Assembly: GCF_009914755.1 (NCBI RefSeq)
Contig: NC_060932.1
Length of the DNA stretch: 64,000 nucleotides
Direction: 5' to 3' (one strand)
Source: the human T2T-CHM13v2.0 reference genome, Homo sapiens
Numbering within the stretch: position 1 is the first letter of the stretch; each line of letters opens with the position of its first letter. Shown piece by piece: positions 1 to 16,417 of this stretch. Under the pieces are notes generated by a model that was not told the DNA's origin, ran no database searches, and saw nothing but the letters and a program-made list of their open reading frames with translations. The position numbers and the translations under genes were made by a program.

Positions 1-76
1 ATAAATGAAAAAATACGAAATCAAGACTTTTGGCCTAAATAAAATACTTTGAAATGGAAAAAAAAATAAGTAAATT

Positions 77-261
77 GTGTCCTCACTTTATGTCAATAGC
101 TTCTTGCAAACTGTGTCTTTTAAGTAAGAGGTAAAACGAAACCATTTTTTTTCTTAACATTATAATGAAATGTTATTTGAGGGCTTGCTGTCTATGTCTT
201 TTTGCTTAAAGTCGCAGTTTCCAAGAACCTACTGATGATGTTCAATGAGGACTTAATTGTA
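77..261. mobile_element. MER82-like TcMar-Tigger DNA transposon remnant
   Basis: Degenerate terminal inverted repeats GTCCTCACTT...TTCTTGCAAACTG and CAGTTTCCAAGAACC...TGAGGACTTA. Confidence 0.6.
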
Positions 262-1504
262 TCTCAGTTGCTGTTGCTAAGTCTCTGGGCATAGTCTAAT
301 ATATATGTAGTATTTAGTATTTAGTTGAAAACCTTTGGTTATTGATTATAAACGACAACACACAACTGCTGCCAAATACAGAAGGTCTAGCTTTTAAGTC
401 AGGATAAGATAAACCTCCATTTCCTACAACCATAGTGTTCTTAGGAAGGGTAATTTTCCTTTAACAGTCAGGATCCTCAGTACTTATAAAAACATCAGGT
501 CCACTGGATCAAGTCTTACTGGCTGACTACCTACATTCTTCAGAGCTTCTGCTACAGTAGTATGATGATATGGATAAAGATATTTTTTCCCAAATATTTT
601 CAAACCATATAATTTCATAGGTTCAACTCTGACTGCCTGCTAAGCTAGCTTAAATCTAACAGTAAACATGTTTATAGCAGTCTCCCAGCCTAAGTGTTTC
701 ATCTATTCAATATTAATTCTCTTAACCCTTAAAACCACAATGACGGTATTATCTCCATTTATATACTGAGGAATAGAATAATTAAGTAGGTTAGCTCTAG
801 AGATACTAATGATCAAACTACATTTAAAACAATATGAAAACCTTGCTTCCCCAGCACCCCATCCCTATAAAACACAGGACTCCTTTTTTTTTTGGGAAAT
901 CCAACACAGTTCTCAGTCTCTTTAAAAGAACTTTATCATATCCACATAATCAACTAACCCCTTTCAGACATATGAACACTCATACTTGTTGAAAAATGCT
1001 AAGTTTATTCACACTGGTATAAAAACATTATCACGCCTACTCACAGCCTTTCTTCATATGATGTCCCTTTTGCAGCAAATCCCCAACTCCACCCCAGGCA
1101 ACCACTGACCAGCTTCTTGTCACTATAAATTAAGACTTTTATAGAAGCTAAATAATTTTAATCAACTGAAGGCTAAACCAAAACAGCTGACATATAGTGT
1201 CATTATCAATATAAATAAAAATAGTGAAAAAATATGACCTCTTCTAAAGGAAAGATAAAATGTTTGTGGAGTTGACTATTCATCTTTGAAATGGAACTGT
1301 TACTTCAGAAGTAACAGCAGAGTTGTTAACCACGTCCCAGCTGAGTGACAAAATCATTCTGTTGCAAAAATGAAATAAAATTCATTTGCTATATTGGCAG
1401 TACTTGACAAAATGGATTAAGGATCACCTGAATCCACAGATGTAGTACATTAACATTTGTTTTCTTTCATTATACAGAGAACTACAATAAAGTAGTTGAT
1501 TGAA

Positions 1505-1608
1505 CCCAATACTTTGGGAAGCTGAGGCAAGATTTTGTGAGGCCAGAAGTTTGAGATCAGCCTGAGCAATATAGGGAGAACCCATCTCTTAAAAAAAAAA
1601 AAAAAAAA
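1505..1608 (+). mobile_element. Alu monomer (FLAM-like) with A tail
   Basis: Left-arm Alu similarity, poly-A 1591-1608. Confidence 0.8.
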
Positions 1609-1809
1609 CAATAAAGCTCTAATGGAGGTTTATTTTCTTTGATGCTCTCTTGAAGGCTTTGAGATTGCTGTAAATTCCTAGCCCAGAATAGGTACTCAGA
1701 AACAAATGGACAAAAGACTTCACAACAAACAGTGGGGAGTTCTTAAACTTAGGGGTGGTGGTAATGAACTCCCTGGAAGTGTATTGAAAAAGTAGCTCAA
1801 TTTTTCCCA

Positions 1810-2133
1810 TTTTTTTTTTTTTTTGAGAAAAGGTCTCACTCTTGTCACCCAGACTGGAGTGCAGTGGCATCACAGCCCACCGAAGCCTCAACCACTCAGG
1901 CGATCCTCCCACCACAGCCTTCAGTCCCACCTCCACTCAGTCAGTCCCTGTAGCTGAGACTACAGGCACATGCCATCATGTCCAGCTAATTTTTTATTTT
2001 TTGTAGAAAACTCTTTGTTCATAGTGTCTCACTATGTTGCCCCAGGCTGGTCTCAAGCTCCTGGCCTCAAGCAATCCTCCCACCATGGCCTCCCAAAGTG
2101 TTGCAATTACCGGCATGAGCCACTCTGTCCAGC
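1810..2133 (-). mobile_element. AluJ-like
   Basis: Poly-T followed by antisense Alu consensus. Confidence 0.9.
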
Positions 2134-2188
2134 TCTTTCACATTCTTAAAAGAAGCCCGTAACTTTGATATGCAAGCAATCCAGATGT

Positions 2189-2518
2189 ATAGTCATGCGT
2201 TGCATAACAACATTTTTAATAAGGACAGATCAAATATATGAAGGTGGTCTCATAATACCATATTTTTACTGTACCTTTTCTATGTTTAGATACACAGATA
2301 CTTACCACTGTGTTACAACTGTCAACAGTATTCAGTACAGTAACTCGGTATACAGGATGGTAGCCTAGGAGCAGTAAGCTACACCATACAGCTTGGGTGT
2401 GTCGTAGGCTGTACTATCTAGGTTTCTGTATGTACACTATGATGTTCAAACAACCACAATGTCACCTAACGACACATTTCTCAGAATCTATCTCTGTCAT
2501 TAAGCTACCCATGCCTGT
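2189..2518. mobile_element. Tigger3/GOLEM (MER7-type) non-autonomous DNA transposon
   Basis: Ends AGTCATGCGTTGCATAAC and CATTTCTCAGAA...TTAAG...CATGCCTG resemble the Tigger3 TIRs. Confidence 0.75.
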
Positions 2519-2631
2519 GAATGCAAAGCTCAACTAACAGCTACTGTTAAAGACTAAAAGGCCAAAAAAAAAAAAAAAAAAAAGCCAATTCCTCAAAAGA
2601 ATCTGTAAAACACAAACATCTGCAGCAACAA

Positions 2632-2777
2632 GTTTTCTTTTTTTGTTTTTCTCTTTATGGAGAATGGGGTCTCACTATATTGGCCAGGCTAGTCTCTAAT
2701 TCTTGGGCTCAAGCTATCCTCCTGTCTCTGCCTCTCTTAAGTGCTGATATTACCAGTGTGAGCCACTATGCCTGGTC
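2632..2777 (-). mobile_element. Alu monomer (FLAM-like)
   Basis: Antisense left-arm Alu sequence after a T-rich tail. Confidence 0.8.
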
Positions 2778-3264
2778 AAATTTTCTAATATATCTTGAGG
2801 CAACAAACTCTTTGTTCAAATGAAATGCCACTTGGAAACCCAGTATTTCCAACTGAAAAGGGACAAGTAGGTGGGTGAGGTAGGTTGCTTGAGTCTTTCA
2901 TATGTTGTGCCCCAATCTCACTGAAAGAGTCCTAAAAAAGCAGCTCAAATCATACCTCTGGGATCACTGCTTGCAGTTTTCTTAATATATTAGCAAAAAT
3001 AGTTTACAGTTCCATTGTTAAAAAAAAGAAAGGTTTATGTTGTGACATTGATGCCTTACTGAAAGCACTAAGAAATATTTTGCCAAAACGTTTTCAGGAG
3101 GTATTAAAGTTAATTGGCGACAATATGTCAAACCAAAAGTCTTAAGACACAGCATGTTCTAGGGAGCAAGCATGAAAATAAGTGTGCATGTTTCGGGGGT
3201 GAGCAGTTTATACCTTACTCCAGATTCACTAAGTTAATCTACCTCAATCTTCAACACCACAGGG

Positions 3265-3595
<331 letters not shown>

Positions 3596-4236
3596 CTAAG
3601 AATGCAGACTCAAACCAAGGTGATATATCAAGTATCTCCTTGCAATTCTGAGTGGAAATAATTCCCAAAAGAAACTGTACCACTTCTTCTGGCTTACAGA
3701 TCAGAAACAGGACTGATTTACTGGCTGCAACACATTCTGGTGCTATTGGACCTTGAACTAATTATATTAAACTTGAAAAAAAAACTACTCCATGTAAATC
3801 TTAGATTCTCTTCATTAGAACTGAACAGCAAATCTAGCTCTGATGTCTAGTATTATCAATAGACACTAGAAAGTATTCTCTACTCACAAGCACTTTTAAG
3901 CTATTTTCAACCACCTTATTAACATACGGTTGAGAAAGCTCAGGTTATTTTACACTAATACAGTAGCGTATAACCACAATACTACTTTTATTAATAATTT
4001 CCTCTTAGACTCATAACTGAGAAGAAAAAATATGTAACATCCCTTATTCACACCTTCATATGGGTGTTTTTTTAATACATTTTTCCATGAAGAGCTGCCA
4101 AAAGAAACAAAAGGCTCCAAAGAACCACACACTGCTCCCTGGAGCCTTTCATGAGGCCGCTGAGTCCTCATGTTCATCGACAGGGTAGCTCCAAGAGTAG
4201 TGGCTGCAGGAGCTGGGCACTTGCCTTGTTACACAC

Positions 4237-4382
4237 CTGCTACAAAGGCTTCTACAGTTGATTGTACTTCAGAAGAAACTGATACATCTCTCAAATAATC
4301 ACAAGATAATTCTGGCAGCAACAGCCCACTTGACACCAAGCTGGATGAATATGAGTCTTGGATTTCTGAAGTGAAGACCTCC
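4237..4382 (-). other. AZIN1: AZIN1 5'-leader cassette exon (146 nt)
   Basis: Acceptor ctctccctgttctacttccag|GG at 4383/4382, donor CAG|GTGTGT at 4237/4236; non-repetitive; recalled as part of the longer AZIN1 5'UTR isoform. Confidence 0.8.
4252..4287 (-). CDS. AUG uORF inside the cassette exon, MYQFLLKYNQL*
   Basis: GAG-ATG-T context, TAG at 4254-4252; translation inferred. Confidence 0.4.
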   Translation of the reverse strand: MYQFLLKYNQL

Positions 4383-5663
4383 CTGGAAGTAGAACAGGGA
4401 GAGCTGAAAGGTTGAGAATACTGTTTCAGAGATACCTAAGCAGGAAACCCAACCTTAATACATCAACCATTTTTCTAAAAGGATTTTTACTCATTAAAAA
4501 TGAGAAAAGATATTCTGAAATTTACACTATTACTGTTACTCTGAAGATGCCTAGGTGCATTTCTACTTTTATTTTTACATAGGCATTTGATGACTTAGCA
4601 CCCAGCTCACAGCTTTAAAAATATACAACGTTGCTTAAGTCCCCTCTGCATTCTACCTACAACAGAAAATGTTACTTACCACATAGAATACCTTTAAAAG
4701 TAATTGACCAGAAGAGCACTAGAAGCTTCTAAAGAATGACATCTACCATAGATGTGAGACCTTGAGTAGGTCTGAAACACTACAAAAGAATTCCAGGAAG
4801 CTATATACTGAAACTGGTAGGAAATCCTATAAATTTAGTGATCATAAGATCAGGTAAACTTCTGCCACCCTGGACCCCAAAATAAGTGATAGACAATAAC
4901 AACAGCCTACATTGAGTACTCAGGATAAATCAGGACAAGGCTTGCTTCAATAAGAAAGCCAGTAATCACAATGCATACCCCTAAACTTATTTTTCAGGTG
5001 ATGAGGTTGAAAAAACTGAGTAACCTTAGAGGAAGAAGACTAAAGGTGACTGCTAAAGATTTATTTTAAAAGAGAAGAACAAGAATGAATAGGAAATATA
5101 TAAGGGGGCAAAAAATCCCAAAAGTTATAAGCCCAACAGGCTAAGTTTGAAGTGCCTGTGTAAAGACTGCCCAATGAACTGCCTCACCATAAATATTAAA
5201 ATGTAGCTTAATGAGAAAACAAAATACACAATTCTCACAGCAATATTATTTTTGCACGTGGAATTAACACAATTAGACTCCCTTAAAAATGTCTTGACTA
5301 TTCAATGTGAAGACTAAATTTTTTTTCTGGAGAAAATGTGTGTGTACTAAAGTGTGTGTTTACCTGCACTCAAGTGAAATATTTATATCCCTTTTGGCAA
5401 TTAAGATGTGATAACATTAAAGATAACTATTACAATACAACATGAAGTACACAATCATATTAATTTCAAGTTTTCTAGCTTTCCTGATTACAATTAAGCA
5501 TAGGGAATAATCCTTTAAAGAGACACACTATTTTGGTTACCTTAAGGCAGAGCTCATTGCCTGCCTGTCCACTACTCACCCAAGGAAAACATATAGAATA
5601 CATGTGCAATACAGTAATTGCAACCAAGACCAAGTTAAGCAGGTTATTAAGAAATCAGATGCT

Positions 5664-5972
<309 letters not shown>

Positions 5973-6464
5973 TCAGAGGCCCCTGTACCTCTCCCTTAGA
6001 ATTTGTTTAGACCTTCTCTAATCATCATTCCTTTGTTACTTAATGGTTTTATTCTTCTATGTGACCCTAAAACAGTGTTGGGCAATGTGGTACTTTACAT
6101 TCTAGTACTAGAGTCCTTATTCCACTGACTGGCAGTTTAAGTAGCACTGATCTAGGGACTACAGTCTATACCTGGGACTGGAACTGCTAGATTGTTAGTG
6201 GCAAACAGTTTTCAAGTCTTTTGCTCAGTTTCTTGTTTTTGCCTTTTATTTATCTGAAGGAGCTCTTCATGAATTTAGGATAGCAAACCTCTCATTAGGA
6301 GTATTATTTTTGGGGTGATTGTTTTGTCAGAATTTCCATGTTGAACATACCAGGATAACCCCATCCTACCTTTGGTCATGCCAAATATAACATGTTCATG
6401 CTGAACCTACATGAGCTAATAAGATACCATACTTGTTTAGAAGATCTTTGCAAACTGGGCATCA

Positions 6465-6872
<408 letters not shown>

Positions 6873-7460
6873 AACGTGGCTGGACCTCATGATGGCTGGC
6901 TATGGCCTGGGCAGGTTGAACCTGACTATCCTAATCCCCGTAACCCAGTATGCTACACAGTATTTTCTACTCATGCATAATGTAAAAAACAGTGGATTAA
7001 CGAAAAGGAGAGCTAAATATCTGCTTTAGTTAACTTGTGACAAATTGCTTGATTTGACTGGGCATGGATGTCCCTGGAATGGAGGAAGGACAAAATATCT
7101 GTGCTCCCTGGGGCCTCACCAGTATGTAAGCACTTCAACTTGGAAGAGTCTCCTTAGGCTTATCTGAACAATGGCCAGTTTAGAACAGTAGCCTGCCATA
7201 TACTAGATTTTAAGGTTTACAAGCCTTTTTCATAGATGCAATATCTCATTTATTCTAATGGAAGTTAAATATCGCAAAAGGGATTGGTTTACCTGGGGTG
7301 GGGTATGGGGAGACCCAAACTGGAAAACTCTGAAACAAGATCAGGTTGGGTGAAGACTGTGATGGAACACACAGATTGGTAGTCAGTATTAATTTTCTCA
7401 GCTAAACTAACCTCTGTAATAAATGCAAAAGCCATTTATCCCGTTTAAAAACTGGTCTAT

Positions 7461-7756
<296 letters not shown>

Positions 7757-8197
7757 ACTGGTCTACGTTGCTTTCCAATCTTTTTGACCTTCCTAAAAAA
7801 AATGCTAAATTTGCTCAAAGCAAGAAATACCATGTCTCTAAAACCTTGTTTATCCATTAATATGCTAGTATTCACATTGTGCTTTTACAGAATATTTTTC
7901 TGCTACTTTACACAAGCACTGACACACCATTGACTCTACTTTATGTATGCCAAGGGGATATACAGACTGTGTATTTCAACGATAGTGGTTTTACTCATCT
8001 TTTTGGTCAAAGAGTATCAACCGCCATTAATGAATGTTCTGTTACATTTGCTCATATCACAGTATCCTTAAAGTACCAAATATCATCTGTGAGAAATTAA
8101 ATCGGGGGGTGGGGGGAGAAAAGAAAAAAAAGTACCAAATATCAAAACTGAAATTTTCCCCTTTCTCTGCAGTCAGGGTCAACAACCTCCCTTTCCC

Positions 8198-8474
8198 TTG
8201 AGACAGTCTTGCACTGTCTCCTAGTCTACAGTGCGGTGGCACCATCTTGGCTCACTGCAACCTCCGCCTCCCGGGTTCAAGCAGGCCTCAGCCTCCCTAG
8301 TAGCTGGGATTACATGCGTGCACCACCATGCCCAACTAATTTATTTTTGTATTTTTAGTAGAGACAAGGTTTCACCATATTGGCCAGGCTGGTCTCAAAC
8401 TCCTGACTTCAGATGATCTGCCGGCCTCAGCCTCCCAAAGTGCTGGGATTATAGGTGTGAGGCACCGCACCCAG
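8198..8474 (-). mobile_element. AluS
   Basis: Antisense Alu, TSD ACAACCTCCCTTTCC. Confidence 0.95.
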
Positions 8475-8556
8475 CGGACAACCTCCCTTTCCTACTGATA
8501 ACTTACAGTGAAACATGAGGAAGGAGTACTAGCAAATTCGTAAAGAACATCTTTCC

Positions 8557-8875
<319 letters not shown>

Positions 8876-9303
8876 CCCTAGTTAAAATAATCCTAATTAG
8901 GTAGGGAGCTCCTACTAAGGCATGTGTAAATACTAAAGATTAGGAGACAAAATGTGAATATTTAAAATGCTGATGTTCTTCTGAAGTTCCTACATGAATA
9001 TATAGAGCCGACTAATGACAACCAGGTAAAAAAAAAAACTTTTTAAAGCAAACTTGTTAAGAGCCCATTTAAGCAAATCAATTAACTGAATCCCTTTTCC
9101 ATACTGCACAACATTAAAGGGTATGTGATAATGAATCTGACCACATCACTGGATCCACTATGAGAAGCAAACTTAGCTTTTTAAGTTTTAAAATATTTTC
9201 CATTAGGCTAATTCATTAATTATAATTAAACCTACAACCAAAATAAATAGAAAACTAGCCCACTGGAAAACCTTTACTCCAGCATCAAGACCTAGGGGAT
9301 TTC

Positions 9304-9634
<331 letters not shown>

Positions 9635-10089
9635 TCACAATTAGGGGCCCATTAATCTTTGATATTGACCTTAAAATATTTTGTTAAGACATTTTTACAG
9701 TGTTTGCGTACTACATCATACACACATTCTAAATTATGAAAGAAAAGGATTATGTAAGCAACTTCCAAAATTTCCAGATACTTAGTTTATTCCATCAAAA
9801 TTCAGGTGGTTGATTTAAAACCTAACTCTGAAGCCAATTCTGGATCTCAGACTACCTGCACGGGAATCCTAGTGGACCAGTTCAAGCAGAGTTCATATAG
9901 CTACATGCTTTGCAATGCTATGGGCCGAATAATTTCCATGAAGCTGTTTTAACTCCTTTTAATGGTTTTCAAATAATATTGTTGATCTACAGAAAATTAA
10001 CCCCAGGATTTCAGTGTCCAATAGAGCAAACTCTTATTGATTTGTAAGGATAACACATTTCTGGAATGCGGAATTTTCTCTTGCCAATT

Positions 10090-10450
10090 TTACAAATTCT
10101 AGTCAAGAAACCTTTGGGACTAGGTATCTTTGTGAATTCAGAATTCTCCAGATTTTGAACCATAATGTAGTACACATACTTTACATATGTTATGTAATAT
10201 TCTTCAGGAGAATGAGTCAGCACCCTGCAACCACAATATTTCTGAAGCAAAATTTAGGAATATTAACACTAAATGGGATAAGTAAAGACAAAAATAGCCT
10301 CAAATCAGCACAGATCCAGGTCAAGTTTTTTTTTTTTTTTTTTTTTTTTTTCCCAAATCAGTTAAGGTCACATCAAGGAAGCTATAAAAAAATTTTTTTA
10401 AAGACTTTTTGGATTTCAGAATTCTATGAAAAAGGGATTGTGGACCTGTA
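10090..10450 (-). mobile_element. MER46C/Tigger4-like DNA transposon remnant
   Basis: Right end TTTTGGATTTCAGAATT...GGGATTGTGGACCTG-TA is the reverse complement of the MER46C terminus. Confidence 0.6.
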
Positions 10451-11059
10451 GCTTTATAGCAAAGCATCAAATACTAGACATGCAAAATGAGAAGATTACA
10501 CGTGAATATTTAAAGAAGTTATATTTGTTTGACATAATATGCATTGTACCCGGGCATAATAAAGTTAAAAGCCAGTTATTCTGACTGCCAGAACCTGCAG
10601 AATAAATTATCTTTAGCTTCTATCTGCTCCCATTCCCTCCTACCCACAAAGAGGGAGACACTATAGACTTTCTGAATCCTACATTATTAATCTAAAGACT
10701 ACTTTTCCCTGATTTTGCAGAATCATTCAGCTCACTGACAATAGTCTCTCAAGTTTCTAAGAGGAAACACCAGTAGAAATATTAACTATAATGCAAGGTA
10801 ACTTTTCTTTAAAGCAAGAGACACGAATTAAAAGAAGGATTATCTTTTATTACGGTCTTCCTCAAAAGACGAAGCTTGTTCTTAAATTTCTGCCTTAGAA
10901 TGGATTCACAACTATGATGTTAACCTTAACAGATTGCACCACCCAAAAAGGTTTTATATCTCCAAGTCAACTTGGGAGAAAAACATCAGGTATGTTGCAA
11001 ATAGAACAGATGGACTAACAAAAATTAGGCAACTGACTTAGTATTGAAACAGCAATGAC

Positions 11060-11190
11060 CCTGCTTCTCTTTAATGTGCACACAAGCCACCTGGATATAG
11101 ACTCTGATTCAGGTTTGGGTGAGGCTGAGATTCTGTATTTCTGTTCTAGGTGAGGATGCTAATGCAATTCGTCCGAAGACTACACTGCAT
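11060..11190. mobile_element. MER5A-like hAT-Charlie fragment
   Basis: CTGATTCAGGTTTGGGTGAGGCTGAGATTCTGTATTTCT motif. Confidence 0.55.
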
Positions 11191-12255
11191 AACCAAGGAC
11201 AGTAATACACTCAAAAAAAGAAATTATGCCAGTTTAACACAAAAAGAACTGTTCCAGTCCAACATTATGTTATAGCTGGGATTCACATTTGCTCAAATTT
11301 ACACAGGTAGGAGAAAGCCAGTATAGGAAACCCTCTAGCCAACATTCTAAGTCAAAGGTTTCAAGAAATCTTACTATTTAAACTGTGTTTCCTTCTCTTT
11401 AGCCTTAAAAACCTGAGTCTAAAATTCTAATTTGTATTAACATCAAATGTTTGCTTAGAGCAAACACTTTTATCGAATAGGGATCTGTTTAACAAGATCA
11501 GATTAAAGAAACACTAAAACTGATACCCTCAGCTTTCCTGAAAACTTACCTCTAAGTCTCTGACCAAACTTAAAAACACTTAAATTTTAATAACAAAATC
11601 TGAATTTCCGTAACAATAAGTCTATATACCACAAAATTTTTAAATGAACCCACACAAATCTAGTAGCCCAAATTCAGTTTACTGTGGAATTACATTTTGC
11701 ACAGGGGCTCAATTCTAAAGTAAAATTCACACATAGAAAACCAAGTATAGTCAAAAACTATCCTTGAAAATCTGTTAAATATCTATATTTTAATACCATA
11801 CATATATTTTAATACCATATACATATTTAGATACATATATAAATTGAGATATATATATGTATCTCTATCTATCTCTATCATCTTTCAGCAAGTCCTCTAA
11901 AAACAATCAGTTAGTTGTTCCTACCAGCTGAGTAGCAAAAATCATTTCACTAAGTTAAATGGTTGAATGATGTGATAAACTATACCTTATTTCCCAAAAG
12001 CCCTCTTCAACGTATATTTTCTAAGTTATGCATACAAGATAGTTTTAAATGATCCAGTCATTGGTAAACAATGCACACAACTAAATCAGTCAAGTCTGTA
12101 ACCAGTAACTGTCTTATCTCTATTTCAGAAATTTAAAAGTCACTGCACTTTAAGAGGTAAATGCAATTTCAAATTCTGAAAAATACTAAGCAAGGCAGCA
12201 CTCTTCCTTCGATTTTAAAGACCTCCTCCCCACCAACAAATGTGCAAATACTTAC

Positions 12256-12393
12256 ATGGACAAGTTGGGAGATGGAACCCCCCTATCATCAGCTAGGTTC
12301 CCAAGGTGGCTCAGCGTTGAAGTCGAACTGCTCTCTATACAGCACTTCTCCTAGGCCCTCTGGGTAGTTGTATACTTGGTCAGAAAGTTCGCC
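12256..12393 (-). other. AZIN1: AZIN1 exon 2 (138 nt, 5' leader)
   Basis: Polypyrimidine tract plus AG acceptor; donor CAT|GTAAGT at 12256/12255. Confidence 0.92.
12289..12393 (-). CDS. AZIN1: AZIN1 uCC part 2: GELSDQVYNYPEGLGEVLYREQFDFNAEPPWEPS*
   Basis: Phase-0 acceptor cttttag|GGC at 12394/12393; open for 34 codons to TGA at 12291-12289; PPW and PS-stop motifs; followed by in-frame TGA TAG. Confidence 0.93.
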   Translation of the reverse strand, partial: GELSDQVYNYPEGLGEVLYREQFDFNAEPPWEPS

Positions 12394-13811
12394 CTAAAAG
12401 AAGGAAATAAAAGTAGCAGAAGATAGTCCTATGTTAAAAAAATGTTTAGGCTGACTTAAACATGAACTGTAGAATACGTGTTCGTTTTATAACAATGTTT
12501 CATTAAAGTCACATTACACAAGTGATATTTTCAAAGGGTTTACCACAGTACCAAGTACTTTATGCAGTAAACATTTCCAAGCTGCTATAAAAAATTCACA
12601 GAACTTGATGTCATAGCCATCTTACCAAGTCGTTTTATCTGCCTACTCAAGAGTTACCAGCCTTCATTTTTGAAGATGAAAACTTCATTTTTGCTTTTAT
12701 TTGTCCTCTAAAATTCCACATTTTTAAGTGGTCCAGAATTTAAAAAATTCCAAGTACCCTCACCAACCTAGTGTATATACAAGACTTTATATGAATAATG
12801 TACTAGCATGACCCAATAGTTTGGAACCACCTGGAACACTCTTTTACTCCTCAAATATTTGTCTTTTACATTTTAAATGTAAAAATCCACCACAATACCA
12901 AAAGATTTTATGACTTAGCTAATGCATTATATATGTATCTAACATAACTTTTGAAAAACATAAAATAACTTGAGAACTTCCTTATAATATTAAGCAACTA
13001 ATCTCTTAAGATTTATCTTCTCATATCTAACCTATTTGGACATAATTCATTCTATTATCACCAGGAACAAATAAATGTGATAAGTGCACAGCACACTATA
13101 CAACATGGTAGGTGAGTTTTAGACATTGTTACCACTCATCACTTCTAAGCTAAAATGATATACCTATGTTTCTATGTATAATTCAGTGGTTACTGTTTTC
13201 AAGTAAAATAATCTGACAGTATTTGCTAGAAAGGGGTGGTAAGAAGGAAGCCAGAAAACCAGAAATTATAAAGTCAAGAGTTGGAGGGATTTCAGAAGCA
13301 CTGTAGGCATACCTAAAGTGTATCTCACCAGGATCAAGGCACTCCTGGTGGAGGCAAAATGTTTCATCTATCTAGGAGGAGAAGCTGATCACATGCTCAA
13401 TGAATGACATTTATGGATGATGAGGAAAGAACTCCTACAAACATGCAATGATGATAATAATCTTACATTAGATTCCAAATAATGTACTACTCCATAACAT
13501 TCTGATTCTTTCAACACCAACGTAATTTTCTAAATAAATAAAAAGTTGAGTCATGCTGGGGACAGATCATTCTCAATTATCCTAAGGAATAGGATCAGAT
13601 ACCCTAGGTAAGACATTATTCATCTTTTTCTCAATACATATATCCACAGCTATTTTGCTGCTTAATGCAACCCAAGAGCAATGATGTGAAACATTATGGA
13701 CATTAAACGTCAGACATTCCAGAATGTTCCTCAGTGAGAACCCTACAACATTTCCATTTAACAAAAAGATACTAGTAGGGAATGAAGGCTCTAGAATTTG
13801 AAAGGCATTTA

Positions 13812-14218
<407 letters not shown>

Positions 14219-14225
14219 AGGTGCA

Positions 14226-14301
14226 TAGGATAAGCACTTCTTATAAACACATACAGGATAGATAAGCACTTCTTATAAGCACTTACATACAGGATAGATA
14301 G
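14226..14301. repeat. Short imperfect tandem duplication
   Basis: GATAAGCACTTCTTATAA and ACATACAGGATAGATA each present twice. Confidence 0.8.
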
Positions 14302-14479
14302 AATGTTTATCCGGACAGTTAGGATAAAAAAGCATGAAGAAGGACTTGTTAAATGGAAATGCGGAGAAAAGGCAGTATGGAAAAAAATAAATTATTTTCA
14401 CTTAGAATGGTGTATGTAAACACTGCAAATTCTCTAACACCTTAGAGAATAGCACAGAGAGGGCTCGGTTGGTCAGTAA

Positions 14480-14928
<449 letters not shown>

Positions 14929-15467
14929 TACAAAAACTTTCTATCACTTTGACAGTAACTATTACAAACTTAGTATCTCAAAATTATCAGTACGTCTCTG
15001 AAAACACAATGCCTTTACCAATGATTTTTAAAATCGTTCTGTGGTATTCTTTGTAAAAACTCCAAACCCCAGTCTAATCATGAGAAAAACATCAGGTAAA
15101 CCCCAAGTTTAGGGGAGGGGAGTATTCTACCAGATATCTGGCAGCACTTTTCTAGACTGTGATGGTAATGAAAAACAAAGGAAGACTGAGAAACTGTCAC
15201 AAACCAAAGAAAACTGGGAAGACATGACAACTAAATACAATGTGGTAACTTGGATTCTGGAACAGAAAAAAGACATTAAAGAAAAATTGGCGAAATCCAA
15301 ATAAAAGTCTCGAACGTTTCATAGTGCCAAAGTCAGTTTCTTAGTTTTAACAAATGTACTGTAATAACGTAAGATGTTACTAATAACTGGGTGGGAAGTA
15401 TGAAGAAACTGTATCTTTGTGACTTTGCTGCGCAACTAAGATACTCCAAAATAAAGTTTATTTTTCA

Positions 15468-15781
<314 letters not shown>

Positions 15782-16004
15782 TAAAAAAAACAACCAAGGG
15801 ACAGTCACCTAATGGGCTACTACTCAGCAACACAAATAATCTACTGATAATCTACAGATAAAGACAACAGGGATGAATATTAAAAATGTGCTGAGTTAAA
15901 AGAAGCCTTTTATACCAAAGAATGCATACTGTATGATTCCATTCATGTGGAAAGTCTGGAATAGACGAAAATAATCTATGGGTTTAAAAAAAAAAATCAA
16001 GATC

Positions 16005-16417
<413 letters not shown>

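Noticed and set aside
3950-4177. 75-aa minus-strand ORF (MNMRTQRPHERL...)
   Set aside because: Lies in the intron just past the cassette exon donor; no similarity to AZIN1 protein or anything else recognisable
12161-12367. 68-aa plus-strand ORF over exon 2
   Set aside because: Antisense shadow of the uCC exon; crosses the splice boundary
12256-12393. Rolling-circle translation of a 138-nt exon 2 circRNA (multiple of 3, back-splice makes CCAT|GG)
   Set aside because: The junction AUG frame hits TAG after 14 codons and the uCC frame has three stops
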